A stretch of 64,000 nucleotides of DNA from an uncultured delta proteobacterium (GTDB lineage Bacteria > Myxococcota_A > Polyangia > Fen-1088), in assembly GCA_963767925.1 (NCBI GenBank), contig CAVYGB010000008.1, forward strand, positions 2,752,001-2,816,000. Reading direction: 5' to 3'. Below, piece by piece: positions 38,739 through 47,815 of the stretch (its first letter is position 1; every line of letters starts with the position of its first letter). The notes under the pieces are model-generated. The model made no database searches and was not told where the DNA came from. It saw nothing but the letters and a program-made list of their open reading frames with translations. The translations under genes were made by a program, and so were the position numbers.

Positions 38739-40486
38739 AACGCGGTGATATCTCCTTTGTGCTCCGGCGGCCCCAGGGGGGTGACCGGCAACGTGACGAG
38801 GAAGGTTGTACCGCTGCCCGGGCGACTCTGAAAGCTGATCTGGCCCCCATGTGAATAGATGATGTTCCGGACCACGGAGAGCCCCAGGCCGGTGCCCTTT
38901 CCCGCCGCTTTGGTGGTGAAGAAGGGCTCGAAGATCTTGCTGCGGTCCTCGTCGCGGATGCCGACGCCGCTGTCGGAGATGGCGAACCCCACCGTGGCGC
39001 CCCCCGCGGCCCAGGTGCGGACCCGCACCGTGCCCCCGCGCGGCTCGACCGCGTGGGCGGCGTTGGTCACCAGGTTGATGGCTACCTGCAGGATCTGGTC
39101 GCGCACCGCCTGCACGCGCGGCAGGCCCTCGGCGTAGTCGCGCTCGAGCTTGGCGTTGGAGCTCTCGAGCACGTGCTCGCAGAACGACAGCGACTGGTCG
39201 AGCACCTCGTTGATGGCCATCTCCTCGACCTCGCTGCCCGAGGGCCGGGCGTAGCTCACCAGGTCGCGGGCGAAGCGCCGGATGCGCTCGGCGCCGTCCT
39301 CGATCTTGCGCAGGCGATCGAGGTCGGTGGCGTCGATCGTGCTGGGCCCCTTGCCCTCGAGGGCCAGGGCCGCCTTGCGGGCGACGGTGGCGGCGCAGAC
39401 CTGCACCGACGTGAGCGGGTTGTTGATCTCGTGGGCCACGCCGGCGGCGATCTGGCCCAGGGTGGCCAGCTTCTCGGCGTGGATGACCTGGCTCTGGAGC
39501 TGGCGCAGGGCGGTCACGTCCTGCCCGATCCCCAGCACGGCGGCGGGAGAGCCGCCCTGCCCCCGCACCGCCACCACGTTGAAGGCGGCCCGCAACATGG
39601 CGCCCCCCACGGTGGGCAGGCGGACCTCGCGGGTGGCGGGGGTGCCGCTGGCGGCGACCTGCTTGAGCACCCGGCCCACGTCGGGCGCGCCGAGCTGGGT
39701 CAACCAGGGGAGCAGCGGCTTGCCGAGGACGTCGGCCCGGGAGAAGCCGGTCACCCGGTTCATGGCCCGGTTCCAGACCGTGACCTGCCCCTCGGGATCG
39801 GTGGCGATGATGAGGGCGTTGGCCTGCTCGATGAGCTGCTCGAGGTAATCTTGCAGGTAGACCGTCTCGCGCAGCAGCCGCCTCGTGTGGGCCACGAAGG
39901 CCACGTGGTTGGCCAGCGGGATGACGAGATCCTTGTCGTCCATGGCCGGGTCGGGCGGCTCGGCGTAATTGACGTGGACCTCGCCGGTCAGCTCCCCGCC
40001 GGCGAGGAGGGCCACCAGGAAGCCCTCGCTCGCCCCCTCGAACAGCAGGGGCGGCTTGTCGACAAGCTCGATGGTGCGGGTGGAGCCGTCTTTGGCCCGC
40101 AGGCCCTCCGGCATGTTGCCCCGGACATTGGGGTGATCGAGGGCGCTGCGCGGGATCATCGGCGGCAGGGTGCGGGCCCCCGCGATGAGGCCTTTCTCCG
40201 AGAGGACCTGGCTGACCTCCAGCGAACGGGGGTCGACGACCCGGATGGCGATGAAGCGGTTGGGCAGGAGCTGGCGCAGGGTCCGGTAGAGGACCTCGAA
40301 CAGCTCGCGCTCCTGGGTCTCGGCGGTGACCTCCCGGGAGAAGGTCATCACCGCGCGCAGCACGTCCGGGATGGACATGGCGGTCGGGACCGCCGCCGCC
40401 GGCTTCTTGCGCCGGGCGGTCGCCTTGGTCTTCGGCCCACCCCGCCGGTAGGCGGTCGCCCCACGCCCCATCCCCCGTGCCGCCAT
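38735..40486 (-). CDS. Cytoplasmic GAF-like/PAS sensor histidine kinase
   Basis: PAS (WNRAM..VTG), [46 protein letters not shown]. Confidence 0.92.
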   Translation of the reverse strand: MAARGMGRGATAYRRGGPKTKATARRKKPAAAVPTAMSIPDVLRAVMTFSREVTAETQERELFEVLYRTLRQLLPNRFIAIRVVDPRSLEVSQVLSEKGLIAGARTLPPMIPRSALDHPNVRGNMPEGLRAKDGSTRTIELVDKPPLLFEGASEGFLVALLAGGELTGEVHVNYAEPPDPAMDDKDLVIPLANHVAFVAHTRRLLRETVYLQDYLEQLIEQANALIIATDPEGQVTVWNRAMNRVTGFSRADVLGKPLLPWLTQLGAPDVGRVLKQVAASGTPATREVRLPTVGGAMLRAAFNVVAVRGQGGSPAAVLGIGQDVTALRQLQSQVIHAEKLATLGQIAAGVAHEINNPLTSVQVCAATVARKAALALEGKGPSTIDATDLDRLRKIEDGAERIRRFARDLVSYARPSGSEVEEMAINEVLDQSLSFCEHVLESSNAKLERDYAEGLPRVQAVRDQILQVAINLVTNAAHAVEPRGGTVRVRTWAAGGATVGFAISDSGVGIRDEDRSKIFEPFFTTKAAGKGTGLGLSVVRNIIYSHGGQISFQSRPGSGTTFLVTLPVTPLGPPEHKGDITAL

Positions 40487-42027
40487 CAGCGTCTGGCCCT
40501 GGTTCCTGCTTTCGCTCCTGGCAGTCCGAACTGGTAGGTGGCGGCGGCGCTGGCGGCGGCGAGGACGGCCCGCAGGGGGGCCTGCCCGGCCTTGGCCAGC
40601 CGGCGGCAGTCCTCGAACTCGGGGGTGGCGGCCAGGACGCGCCCGTCGAGGGCGGAGACCTTGACCGAGACCTTGCCCCAGGGGGTCTTCACCTCGCCAC
40701 GCGAGCGGGCCAGCACGGTGCGCCCCAGGGGCAAGCTGCGCAGCCCGATCGTGGTTGAGTTCTCGAAGAAGGCCCGGGCCACCTGCTCGGTCTCGCCGGC
40801 CGGGGCCAGGGCCGAGATGGTGAAGGCCGGGCGGCCCTTCTTCATCAAGATGGGCGTGCTCCAGGCGTCGACGGCGCCGGCGGCGAAGAGGGCGGTCAGC
40901 AGAGGCTCGATGAGCTGGGGGCTCATGTCGTCGATGTTGCTCTCGAGCAACGTCACGCTGGGGGCCGAGTCGGGCAGCGCCTCGCCCAGCGGCTGGCCCA
41001 GCACGACCCGCAGCACGTTGGCCCGGTCGGCCAGCTCGCGGGTGCCGGCGCCCAGCCCCTGTCCCGCGAGGCGCAGCGGGGGCATGGGGCCGTAGCGGTC
41101 GACGACCGCCGCGAGGATGGCGGCCCCCGTGGGGGTTGTCAGCTCGCCCTGCCCTTCGGCCCGCACCGGCGCGCCGGCCAGGAGCTGGGTGGTGGCGGGC
41201 GCCGGGACCGGCACCAGCCCGTGCGCCGTGCGCACCACGCCGCTGCCGACCACGACCGGGCTCGAGCTGATCGAGGCCGGGGCGAGCCAGGTGATGGCCG
41301 CGGCGGCGCCGACGATGTCGGCGATCGAGTCGTAGGCCCCGACCTCGTGAAAGGCGATCCGGTCGACCGGCACCCCGTGCAGGGCCGCCTCGGCCCGGGC
41401 GACGAGGGCGAAGATCTCCCCGGCCAGCTCCCGCGTGTCGCCGTCGAGCTTGGCCCGCTTGAGCAGGCGCCGGATCTCGGCGTAGTCCCGGTGCTCGTGA
41501 TGGTGGTGGCCCCCTTCCGGATCATGCCTGTGATCGGGGGCGTCGTGGTGATGATCCGTGTCGTGATCGTGTTCGTGGTCGCCGCCGTGCTCGTGGCGGT
41601 GGCCGTGGGAGAGGTGGTCGTGATCGTGCGGGTGTGCGTGGGCGTGCTCGCCGTCGTGATCGTGTGGGTGCTGGTGACCGTCCGCCCCGCGCTCGTGGGG
41701 GTGGGCGTGCGAATGTTGGTGGGTGTGGGCGTGCGAGTGGGCCTGGCCTTTGCCGCCTGCCTTGCTGCCGGCCTGGCCCCCGGCTTTGCGGGGTCGCTTC
41801 GGTCTGGGCATGCCCGGCCAGGTCACCTCGAAGCCGGTGCCCATGAAGGCGCCCCGCTTGCGCCGGGTGAAGCGCACCTTGAGGCCACGCACCTTCATGG
41901 CCGACACCGCCGCGCTCACGACGGTCCGGGGAACGCCGGCGTCGACCAGGGCGGCCACCGTCATGTCGCCCGCGATCCCGGACTGGGGATCGAAGTGCAG
42001 GTGCAGCCCCTTGCCGAGAGCGCTCAT
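40486..42027 (-). CDS. larC: Nickel insertase LarC with long His-rich insert
   Basis: SGIAGDM, FHEVGAYDSIADIVG, VPAPAT, GELTTPTGA, LESNIDD, MKKGRP, TTIGLR, PEFEDC. Confidence 0.95.
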   Translation of the reverse strand: MSALGKGLHLHFDPQSGIAGDMTVAALVDAGVPRTVVSAAVSAMKVRGLKVRFTRRKRGAFMGTGFEVTWPGMPRPKRPRKAGGQAGSKAGGKGQAHSHAHTHQHSHAHPHERGADGHQHPHDHDGEHAHAHPHDHDHLSHGHRHEHGGDHEHDHDTDHHHDAPDHRHDPEGGHHHHEHRDYAEIRRLLKRAKLDGDTRELAGEIFALVARAEAALHGVPVDRIAFHEVGAYDSIADIVGAAAAITWLAPASISSSPVVVGSGVVRTAHGLVPVPAPATTQLLAGAPVRAEGQGELTTPTGAAILAAVVDRYGPMPPLRLAGQGLGAGTRELADRANVLRVVLGQPLGEALPDSAPSVTLLESNIDDMSPQLIEPLLTALFAAGAVDAWSTPILMKKGRPAFTISALAPAGETEQVARAFFENSTTIGLRSLPLGRTVLARSRGEVKTPWGKVSVKVSALDGRVLAATPEFEDCRRLAKAGQAPLRAVLAAASAAATYQFGLPGAKAGTRARR

Positions 42028-42803
42028 GGGGTGCGGACCCGGTTGAGCAGCGCCGCCAGGCGGCCGGCGCCGAAGCCGTTGTCGATGTTGACCACCGCCA
42101 CCCCCGCCGCGCAGGAGTTGAGCATGGTGAGCAGCGCCGCCACGCCGGCGAAGCTGGCGCCGTAGCCCACGCTGGTCGGCACGGCGATGACCGGCCGCGA
42201 GAACAGCCCCGCCACAAAGGTGGGCAGGACCCCGTCCATCCCGGCGGCGACGACGACGATCTCGGCCGCCTCCACCGTCGTGCGGTGGGCGAGCAGCCGG
42301 TGAATGCCGGCCACCCCCACGTCGAAGACCCGGGTCACCCGGTTGCCCGAGAGCTCGGCGGTCACCGCCGCCTCCTCGGCCACGGGGATGTCGGAGGTGC
42401 CTGCCGTCAAGACGGCGATGATGCCCCGCCCGGCGTCGGGCACCGAGGCGGGCCCGCGCACCAGCAGCCGCGGCACCTCGAGGTAACGGGCGTCGGGTAA
42501 CAAGGCCAGCACCGCTTGCGCGACGTCCGGCGTGATCCGGGTGGCCATGACCGGCGCGACCGCGGTCCCCTGGCTGCCCCCCGCGTCCCCCAGCTCGCGC
42601 AGGAGGGTGGTGATCTGCTCGGGCGTCTTGCCGGGCCCGAAGATGACCTCGGGGAACCCCGAGCGAAGTTGCCGATGTGTGTCGGCGTGGGCAAAGCCGA
42701 GCGAGCGGAAGGGCAGCTCCCGGAGCTGCGAGAGCGCGTCGTCCGCCGAAACCGAGCCCGCACGGACGTCCTCCAGAAGGCGCCGCAGCGAAGTTGCATC
42801 CAC
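42024..42803 (-). CDS. larB: NaAD carboxylase/hydrolase LarB
   Basis: GFPEVIFGPGKT, AGTSDIPVAEEA, DVGVAGIHRL, PTSVGYGA, MLNSCAAG..VVNIDNGFGA. Confidence 0.95.
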   Translation of the reverse strand: MDATSLRRLLEDVRAGSVSADDALSQLRELPFRSLGFAHADTHRQLRSGFPEVIFGPGKTPEQITTLLRELGDAGGSQGTAVAPVMATRITPDVAQAVLALLPDARYLEVPRLLVRGPASVPDAGRGIIAVLTAGTSDIPVAEEAAVTAELSGNRVTRVFDVGVAGIHRLLAHRTTVEAAEIVVVAAGMDGVLPTFVAGLFSRPVIAVPTSVGYGASFAGVAALLTMLNSCAAGVAVVNIDNGFGAGRLAALLNRVRTP

Positions 42804-42810
42804 GGCGCGC

Positions 42811-42819
42811 AGACTAGCA
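42811..42819 (-). promoter_or_regulatory. Putative extended -10 (TGcTAGTCT) 7 nt before larB GTG
   Basis: Minus strand TGC-TAGTCT-gcgcgcc-GTG; no Shine-Dalgarno sequence. Confidence 0.45.
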
Positions 42820-43043
42820 AAGCCCCGCCGCCAGGCGAAGTACCCCCACCCGCTCCGATGACCCACGCCCCCTCGGCACCTGACGACCGGGTCCCCCAGG
42901 GCGACCGGGCAGCGACAAGGGCACGCGGGCCAGGACAGCGCGACTCAGGACCACACGCGCGAGATCGAGCCCGCTCTGCCGCTCGGCGAGGTCGACCGAT
43001 CCAGACAAACGATAAAGATCAGCAGCTTGGGTCATCTGCGGGG

Positions 43044-43073
43044 TTGACCGGCACCCAACGCGACTGCTAGGAA
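43044..43073 (+). promoter_or_regulatory. Possible sigma70-type promoter of tRNA-Ala
   Basis: TTGACC-N18-TAGGAA with an upstream TG. Confidence 0.3.
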
Positions 43074-43105
43074 CATCGTCCCAGGCTTCACCGGAAGCCA
43101 CCCTT

Positions 43106-43178
43106 GGGGCTGTAGCTCAGCTGGGAGAGCGCCTGAATGGCATTCAGGAGGCCGACGGTTCGATCCCGTTCAGCTCCA
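43106..43178 (+). tRNA. tRNA-Ala(GGC), CCA not encoded
   Basis: Cloverleaf GGGGCTG/CAGCTCC with G3:U70, anticodon stem CCTGA-ATGGCAT-TCAGG, T-loop TTCGATC. Confidence 0.97.
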
Positions 43179-43336
43179 CACTTCCTTCACTCTTTTTCGG
43201 TCCCGCCCGACCCCGGGCGGCGACCCCGCCGGTCCGAGCTGCGCTCCCGGCTGGTTCCTCCCTGGCGAAGCTCTACTCGAGCTGGTGAGAACGTTTTGGG
43301 GTTCGTGTAGCATCGGCGGCTCAACGAGGAGAAGAG

Positions 43337-44395
43337 ATGCAACACCGTAACCTGCTTCGTCCCCTGCGGCTCCTGGGTGCTTCGCTGCTGGCTGCGCTGG
43401 CGGTGTCGACGCTGGCGCTCGGGCAGCCGCGCGCCGAGCAGTTCGTGCTGTTCGACGTGATGTTCGACTACACGAAGATGCAGGCCGACACCTCGACGCC
43501 GAGCAAGTCCCACTTTTACGTGAAGGGGAACCTCATCAACCCGGCCCGGCCCACCAACTGGGTGTCGCCGGTGGACTACCGGAACGGGACCGTGCACATC
43601 CGGACCGAGGTGCTCGACAAGCCGGCGGGCGGCGAGCGGACCGAGTGGACCCTCTGCTACATCCCCAACCGCGGGCAGGGCAACGGCTACGGCTGCACCG
43701 GCAGCGGCATCTACCGGGAAAAGGGGCTCTACGAGCGCGACGAGTCTATGACCGCCTGGTGGGAGAACCAGTCGATCATCTGGACCGAGGGCATCAAGCA
43801 GATGGACCTCGTCATCAAGGACGGCTCGGGCGGCAACGGCCAGGCCCACCAGCGCCCCGACCACGAGAAGTTCTTCCCCACCCGGGTGCGCATCACCATG
43901 GTGCAGGTCTCGGCGGGGTCGAAGTACGATGCCAGCAAGGTCCCCAACCTGACCGCGGCGCCGGCCGACGCGGGCGCGCCGGCCGATGCCAGCCTCCCGC
44001 CGGACGCCGCCGGCGGCAGCGGGGGCACGGGCGGGACGCCGGGCACGGGCGGAGCGACCGGCACCGCCGGGGCGGCCGGGACGCCCGGTGAAGGGTCGGG
44101 CAGCGGGGGCTCGGCCCCCGGTACCGGGCCGGGCAACGGCAGCGGGTCGCCGCCGGCGGGCCCCGGTGCGCCCGGTGGGGGCACCGGCACCGGTCCGACT
44201 CCGGAGCCTGGCGGAGCCGGGGGCGCTTCCGGCAGCGCGAACCCGGGCAGCAGCCCGACCACGCCCGCTCCGGCGAGCGGCAGCGGCTGCTCGCTGGCGA
44301 GCGGAGGAGCGGGCTCACCGGCTGGCCTCCTGGTGCTGGGCCTGGGCCTCGTGCTCGCGCTCGGGCGGCCCCGGCGGCGGGGCAACAAGCGGTAG
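43337..44395 (+). CDS. Secreted MYXO-CTERM surface protein
   Basis: Signal peptide, ~180-aa globular domain, Gly/Pro/Thr linker, SGCSL...TM...RRR tail. Confidence 0.85.
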   Translation: MQHRNLLRPLRLLGASLLAALAVSTLALGQPRAEQFVLFDVMFDYTKMQADTSTPSKSHFYVKGNLINPARPTNWVSPVDYRNGTVHIRTEVLDKPAGGERTEWTLCYIPNRGQGNGYGCTGSGIYREKGLYERDESMTAWWENQSIIWTEGIKQMDLVIKDGSGGNGQAHQRPDHEKFFPTRVRITMVQVSAGSKYDASKVPNLTAAPADAGAPADASLPPDAAGGSGGTGGTPGTGGATGTAGAAGTPGEGSGSGGSAPGTGPGNGSGSPPAGPGAPGGGTGTGPTPEPGGAGGASGSANPGSSPTTPAPASGSGCSLASGGAGSPAGLLVLGLGLVLALGRPRRRGNKR

Positions 44396-44457
44396 GGAAA
44401 AGGGGCGGTTCAGTCAGACGCTGCGAGGTCACCTCTCCAGCAGGACGCCGAGATTTT

Positions 44458-44577
44458 CCCTCGCCCCGCGGTCCTCCGTGGGGGGGAGGTCGCGCGTCTG
44501 CCTGCTGGTGAGGGGCCTCCGGCGTGGCAATGCCCCTCACCCGTTCCCTCTCCCCACGGCAGACCGCGGGGCGAGGG
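44458..44577. repeat. REP-like inverted doublet
   Basis: CCCTCGCCCCGCGGTC..CCGTGGGG..GGTGAGGGGC (44458-44516) pairs with GCCCCTCACC..CCCCACGG..GACCGCGGGGCGAGGG (44532-44577); between convergent genes. Confidence 0.7.
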
Positions 44578-44629
44578 CAAACCGGGAGCGGGTGGTCGGT
44601 CGACCTTCCCGGGGGCGAGCGGGGCGGGG

Positions 44630-44902
44630 TCAGGGGGTGGCGGTGACCCAGATGACGCCGCGCATGTTCTGGTCGACGTGCTCAGGGCAAAAATAGGGGT
44701 AAAAGCCGGCCGCGGGAAGCGCGACGGTGGCGAGGCTGCTCTGCCGGCGGGCTGGACCGGCGCAGCCCAGGAGGGCCAGCGCCAGGAGACCAGCGACCGC
44801 CGGCAGGGTTGACGCGAGACCCGGTGAGGGGTCGGTGCCCCCGGCGGGGGTGGGCGCCGCGCTGAGCTCGGCGTCTCCGCGCGCGAGGGGCGACCGGGTC
44901 AT
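44630..44902 (-). CDS. Small lipoprotein carrying only the C-terminal cupredoxin motif (possibly internally deleted)
   Basis: LALALLGC lipobox then GFYPYFCPEHVDQNMRGVIWV; ATGA overlap with the upstream gene. Confidence 0.55.
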   Translation of the reverse strand: MTRSPLARGDAELSAAPTPAGGTDPSPGLASTLPAVAGLLALALLGCAGPARRQSSLATVALPAAGFYPYFCPEHVDQNMRGVIWVTATP

Positions 44903-46428
44903 GGCAGCTCGGCCACGCCGGCGACGACGATCTTGCCGTCCGACTGGATCACGATGTCGCGGGCCTGCTCGGCGGTGCCCTTGCCCACGGCGATGTTCAC
45001 CTTCACGTTGCCACCGGCGAAGGTGGTGTCGAGCGTCCCGTCGATGTTGAAGCGGGACACCAGGAAGAGGGAGTCGGTCCCCTCGCGGACGTAGCCCGCG
45101 CCGTAGACCTTGTTGCTGGCGTCGAAGGCGGCGGCGTAGAAGCCGTCGGCCTCGGTCTCGGAGGCGGCGACCACCTTGGAGACCTCGGTGCCCCCGCCAG
45201 CGCCCACCGGCAACAGCAGGAGGGTGGCGTCGGGGTCGACGGTGGTCATGCCGGTCTCGGCGCTGTACCCGGTGGCCGCCACCCAGTTCTTGTCGGCGGA
45301 GATGGCCACCCCGTAGAACGGCTCGTCACCGGCCCTGCCGAAGTCGTACAGCTTGGCGCCGTCGGTGTCGAAGCTGGGGTCGGGCGCGCCGGTCGCCAGC
45401 AGCTTCACGACGAGGGCGTCCATGGTGGTGGCGGTCGGCTTGGCGCTGCCAACGATGAGGATCTTGTCCTCGGCGAGGCCCACGATGTTGCGGCCCCGGT
45501 CGTCGGCCATGGCCAGCTCGAACAGGGCCAGGCCCATGTTGCCCCAGGTCATGTCGCGCTTGCCGTCGGCCCCGAAGCGGAAGGAGACCATGTCGACCGT
45601 CCCGGTGGCGGCCGAGCGGCCGTAGCCGGTGGTCACGTAGGCGCCGGTCGACTGGCGGGCCACGCCGTAGGCCTCGGCCATGCCCCAGGGGGTGACGTCG
45701 GGCATCGCCGGAACGAAGGGCGCCGAGTTGATCACGCCGTTGACCCCGAAGGTCATGTCGGGCATGCCGGCGCCATCGAGCCGGAGCAGGACGATCCGGT
45801 TGGCGTCCTGGGTCCCCACCCCGGTCGGCTGCGCGGTGTAGCCGGACGCGACGATCTTGCCGTCGGCCTCCAGGATGCCGTGGCGGGCGCTGTCGCCGAG
45901 GTTGGCGATGTTGAGAGTGTGCGTGCCGGCCGTCGCGAAGGTCGTGTCGATCGCGCCGTCGGGCGTCAGGCGGACCACCACGCGGTCGTTGTCGATGCGG
46001 GGGTCGGCGCCCTTCTTCGAGCCGAAGAGGACCAGCCGGTTCATGGCGTCGACCTCCACGCCCCACAGCGAGTCGCGCGTGTTGGCGTTGCCGGGGCCGA
46101 AGTCGATGCGGGCGATGCCGTTGGTCCCGAAGGTCATGTCGCGGGTCCCGTCGGGGTTGAAGCGCACCAGGACCCCGTCGAGGTCGGCGGGGCCAGCCGG
46201 GGGGGCGTCGCCCGCTGTGGCGTCGCCGCCGGAGGCATCCGGGCGGGTCGCATCGGACGGCGGGGCGGTGTCCGGCGACGCGCTGCCGTCGGGGTTGCCG
46301 GTGCTGGCGTCGGAGAGCAGCGGGCCCTCGTCGTCTTCACAGGCGGTGAAGGCGAGGGAGGTGCAGGCCAGGACGCCGGCGCACAGGCGCGCGGCCAGCG
46401 GATGCGTGGATCTCGACGGTCTCGACAT
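44899..46428 (-). CDS. Lipoprotein with delta-60/DUF5122-type beta-propeller repeats
   Basis: AFTAC lipobox; repeated R..PDG..D.TFG..G and Q.DGKIVVAG units; AAGGA Shine-Dalgarno. Confidence 0.85.
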   Translation of the reverse strand: MSRPSRSTHPLAARLCAGVLACTSLAFTACEDDEGPLLSDASTGNPDGSASPDTAPPSDATRPDASGGDATAGDAPPAGPADLDGVLVRFNPDGTRDMTFGTNGIARIDFGPGNANTRDSLWGVEVDAMNRLVLFGSKKGADPRIDNDRVVVRLTPDGAIDTTFATAGTHTLNIANLGDSARHGILEADGKIVASGYTAQPTGVGTQDANRIVLLRLDGAGMPDMTFGVNGVINSAPFVPAMPDVTPWGMAEAYGVARQSTGAYVTTGYGRSAATGTVDMVSFRFGADGKRDMTWGNMGLALFELAMADDRGRNIVGLAEDKILIVGSAKPTATTMDALVVKLLATGAPDPSFDTDGAKLYDFGRAGDEPFYGVAISADKNWVAATGYSAETGMTTVDPDATLLLLPVGAGGGTEVSKVVAASETEADGFYAAAFDASNKVYGAGYVREGTDSLFLVSRFNIDGTLDTTFAGGNVKVNIAVGKGTAEQARDIVIQSDGKIVVAGVAELP

Positions 46429-46473
46429 GGGCCGTTCCTTTCCTGAAGGTAGGTTCATGGAAGCAGGGCTATT

Positions 46474-46492
46474 GAAAATGATTACGGTATTC
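46474..46492. promoter_or_regulatory. Fur-box-like site 1
   Basis: GAAAATGATTACGGTATTC, 12/19 match to GATAATGATAATCATTATC; AT-rich island in GC-rich DNA. Confidence 0.5.
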
Positions 46493-46556
46493 ATCTTTGT
46501 CTCTCCTAGAGGTCAAGCCCATCGGTGTCAAGACCCGACCCCCGCCGGGTTCGACT

Positions 46557-46575
46557 GAAAATGGAAATCAGTATC
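46557..46575. promoter_or_regulatory. Fur-box-like site 2
   Basis: GAAAATGGAAATCAGTATC, 15/19 match to the Fur consensus, flanked T...A. Confidence 0.65.
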
Positions 46576-46626
46576 AAACCCGCGCCGCTGGCGGCCACCC
46601 TCGCTGGCGGGCACCATGTTCCGACC

Positions 46627-46989
46627 ATGGCGGACGCGGTCAGGGACCAGCTCTTTCTCCTCAAGCCCTTCTTCGCCGACGCCAGCGTGGCAGAGGGCCT
46701 GTTCCACTGTCCGGGGAGCGCGCGGATCGAGGGGTTGCTGAGTTTTTACCCGTTCCTGCGCGCGCGCCTCGACGTCCGCTACCTCGACTTCGCCAAGCCC
46801 CGCTCGCCGCTGCCCGAGCTGCTCGGTCCCGAGCACCAGAGCTGCCCGGTGCTGGTGCTGGGGGCGCCGGCCCCGGCCGGGGCCGAGGGGGTCTCTCGCA
46901 CGGCCAGCGGCCGCTGCTTCGTGTCCGGCTCCGAGAACATCGCCCCCTACCTGGCGCGGGTGCACGGCATCCCCGCCCCCCACCCCTGA
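46627..46989 (+). CDS. DUF3088-like protein
   Basis: RDQLFLLKP.F, FHCP....IEGLLSFYP, F.KPR...ELLG.EHQSCPVLVL, terminal PHP. Confidence 0.75.
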   Translation: MADAVRDQLFLLKPFFADASVAEGLFHCPGSARIEGLLSFYPFLRARLDVRYLDFAKPRSPLPELLGPEHQSCPVLVLGAPAPAGAEGVSRTASGRCFVSGSENIAPYLARVHGIPAPHP

Positions 46990-47155
46990 GGGGGCAGCCG
47001 CCTGCCAGGCGCGCCGGCGTGACCGGCGGGCAGCGAGTGGACCGACCCGGGGACCCCTGATCGAGGCGGCCGGCCAGCACGCCGCGCCAAGCTTTCCCCG
47101 CTGGGCGGACACACCTTGGCCCGACAAGAGCGAGGTCGCGCAAAGGAGGGTCGTG

Positions 47156-47758
47156 ATGTCCAGTCGGCAGAACAGGTCTCCCGCCGAGGTTCCTCCCGGC
47201 GGGGAAGCGGAGGCCCGCCAGGCGGTCCGGACCGTGAGCATCGACGAGGGCCGGGTCGAGTTCGTCTCGACGCCGGTGACGGATCCGCCCTCTGGCACCG
47301 TCTCGCGCACCGAGATCCCCCTGCAGGAGCCGGCCTGCGCCGGCGAGGTCATGACCGAGCGGGTCGCGACCGCCGCGCCGGAGAGCGATCTGGTCGCGGT
47401 GGCGGCGATCATGCGCGATCAGAACGTCGGCATCGTCCCGATCGTGGACGGCAGCCGGCGCATCCTCGGCGTCATCACCGACCGGGACATCGTCGTGCGG
47501 GTCGACGCCAACGCCACCCCCGCGGCCGACGTCAAGGCGGGCGAGGTCATGACCGCCGAGCCGGTCACCGTGCGTCCGGACGACGATCTGCACGACGTCA
47601 TCGATCGGATGGGAGAAGCGGGGCTCCAGCGCGTGCTGGTGGTGGACGACGGCGCGCGGCTGGTCGGCATCATCTCGGTCAGCGATCTGGCCCAGCGCAC
47701 CGACCTGCCCGAACGGGTGCAGGACACGCTCGACCAGATCGCCCGCCGCCGCACCTGA
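47156..47758 (+). CDS. CBS-domain protein
   Basis: MRDQNVGIVPIVD..GVITDRDIVVR; AAGGAGG Shine-Dalgarno. Confidence 0.88.
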   Translation: MSSRQNRSPAEVPPGGEAEARQAVRTVSIDEGRVEFVSTPVTDPPSGTVSRTEIPLQEPACAGEVMTERVATAAPESDLVAVAAIMRDQNVGIVPIVDGSRRILGVITDRDIVVRVDANATPAADVKAGEVMTAEPVTVRPDDDLHDVIDRMGEAGLQRVLVVDDGARLVGIISVSDLAQRTDLPERVQDTLDQIARRRT

Positions 47759-47815
47759 CGGGCCCGCCGGCCCCGGCCGGCGGCGACCCGCGGTCGGCAG
47801 GCGGTCAGCCCGCTG

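Noticed and set aside
41491..41739. Repetitive GTG/GTGATC tract as a possible CRISPR array or satellite
   Set aside because: Encodes the His-rich LarC insert; no constant repeat-spacer structure and no cas genes
42814..43101. Small ORFs between larB and tRNA-Ala
   Set aside because: No motifs or Shine-Dalgarno sequence; the region holds divergent promoter-like elements
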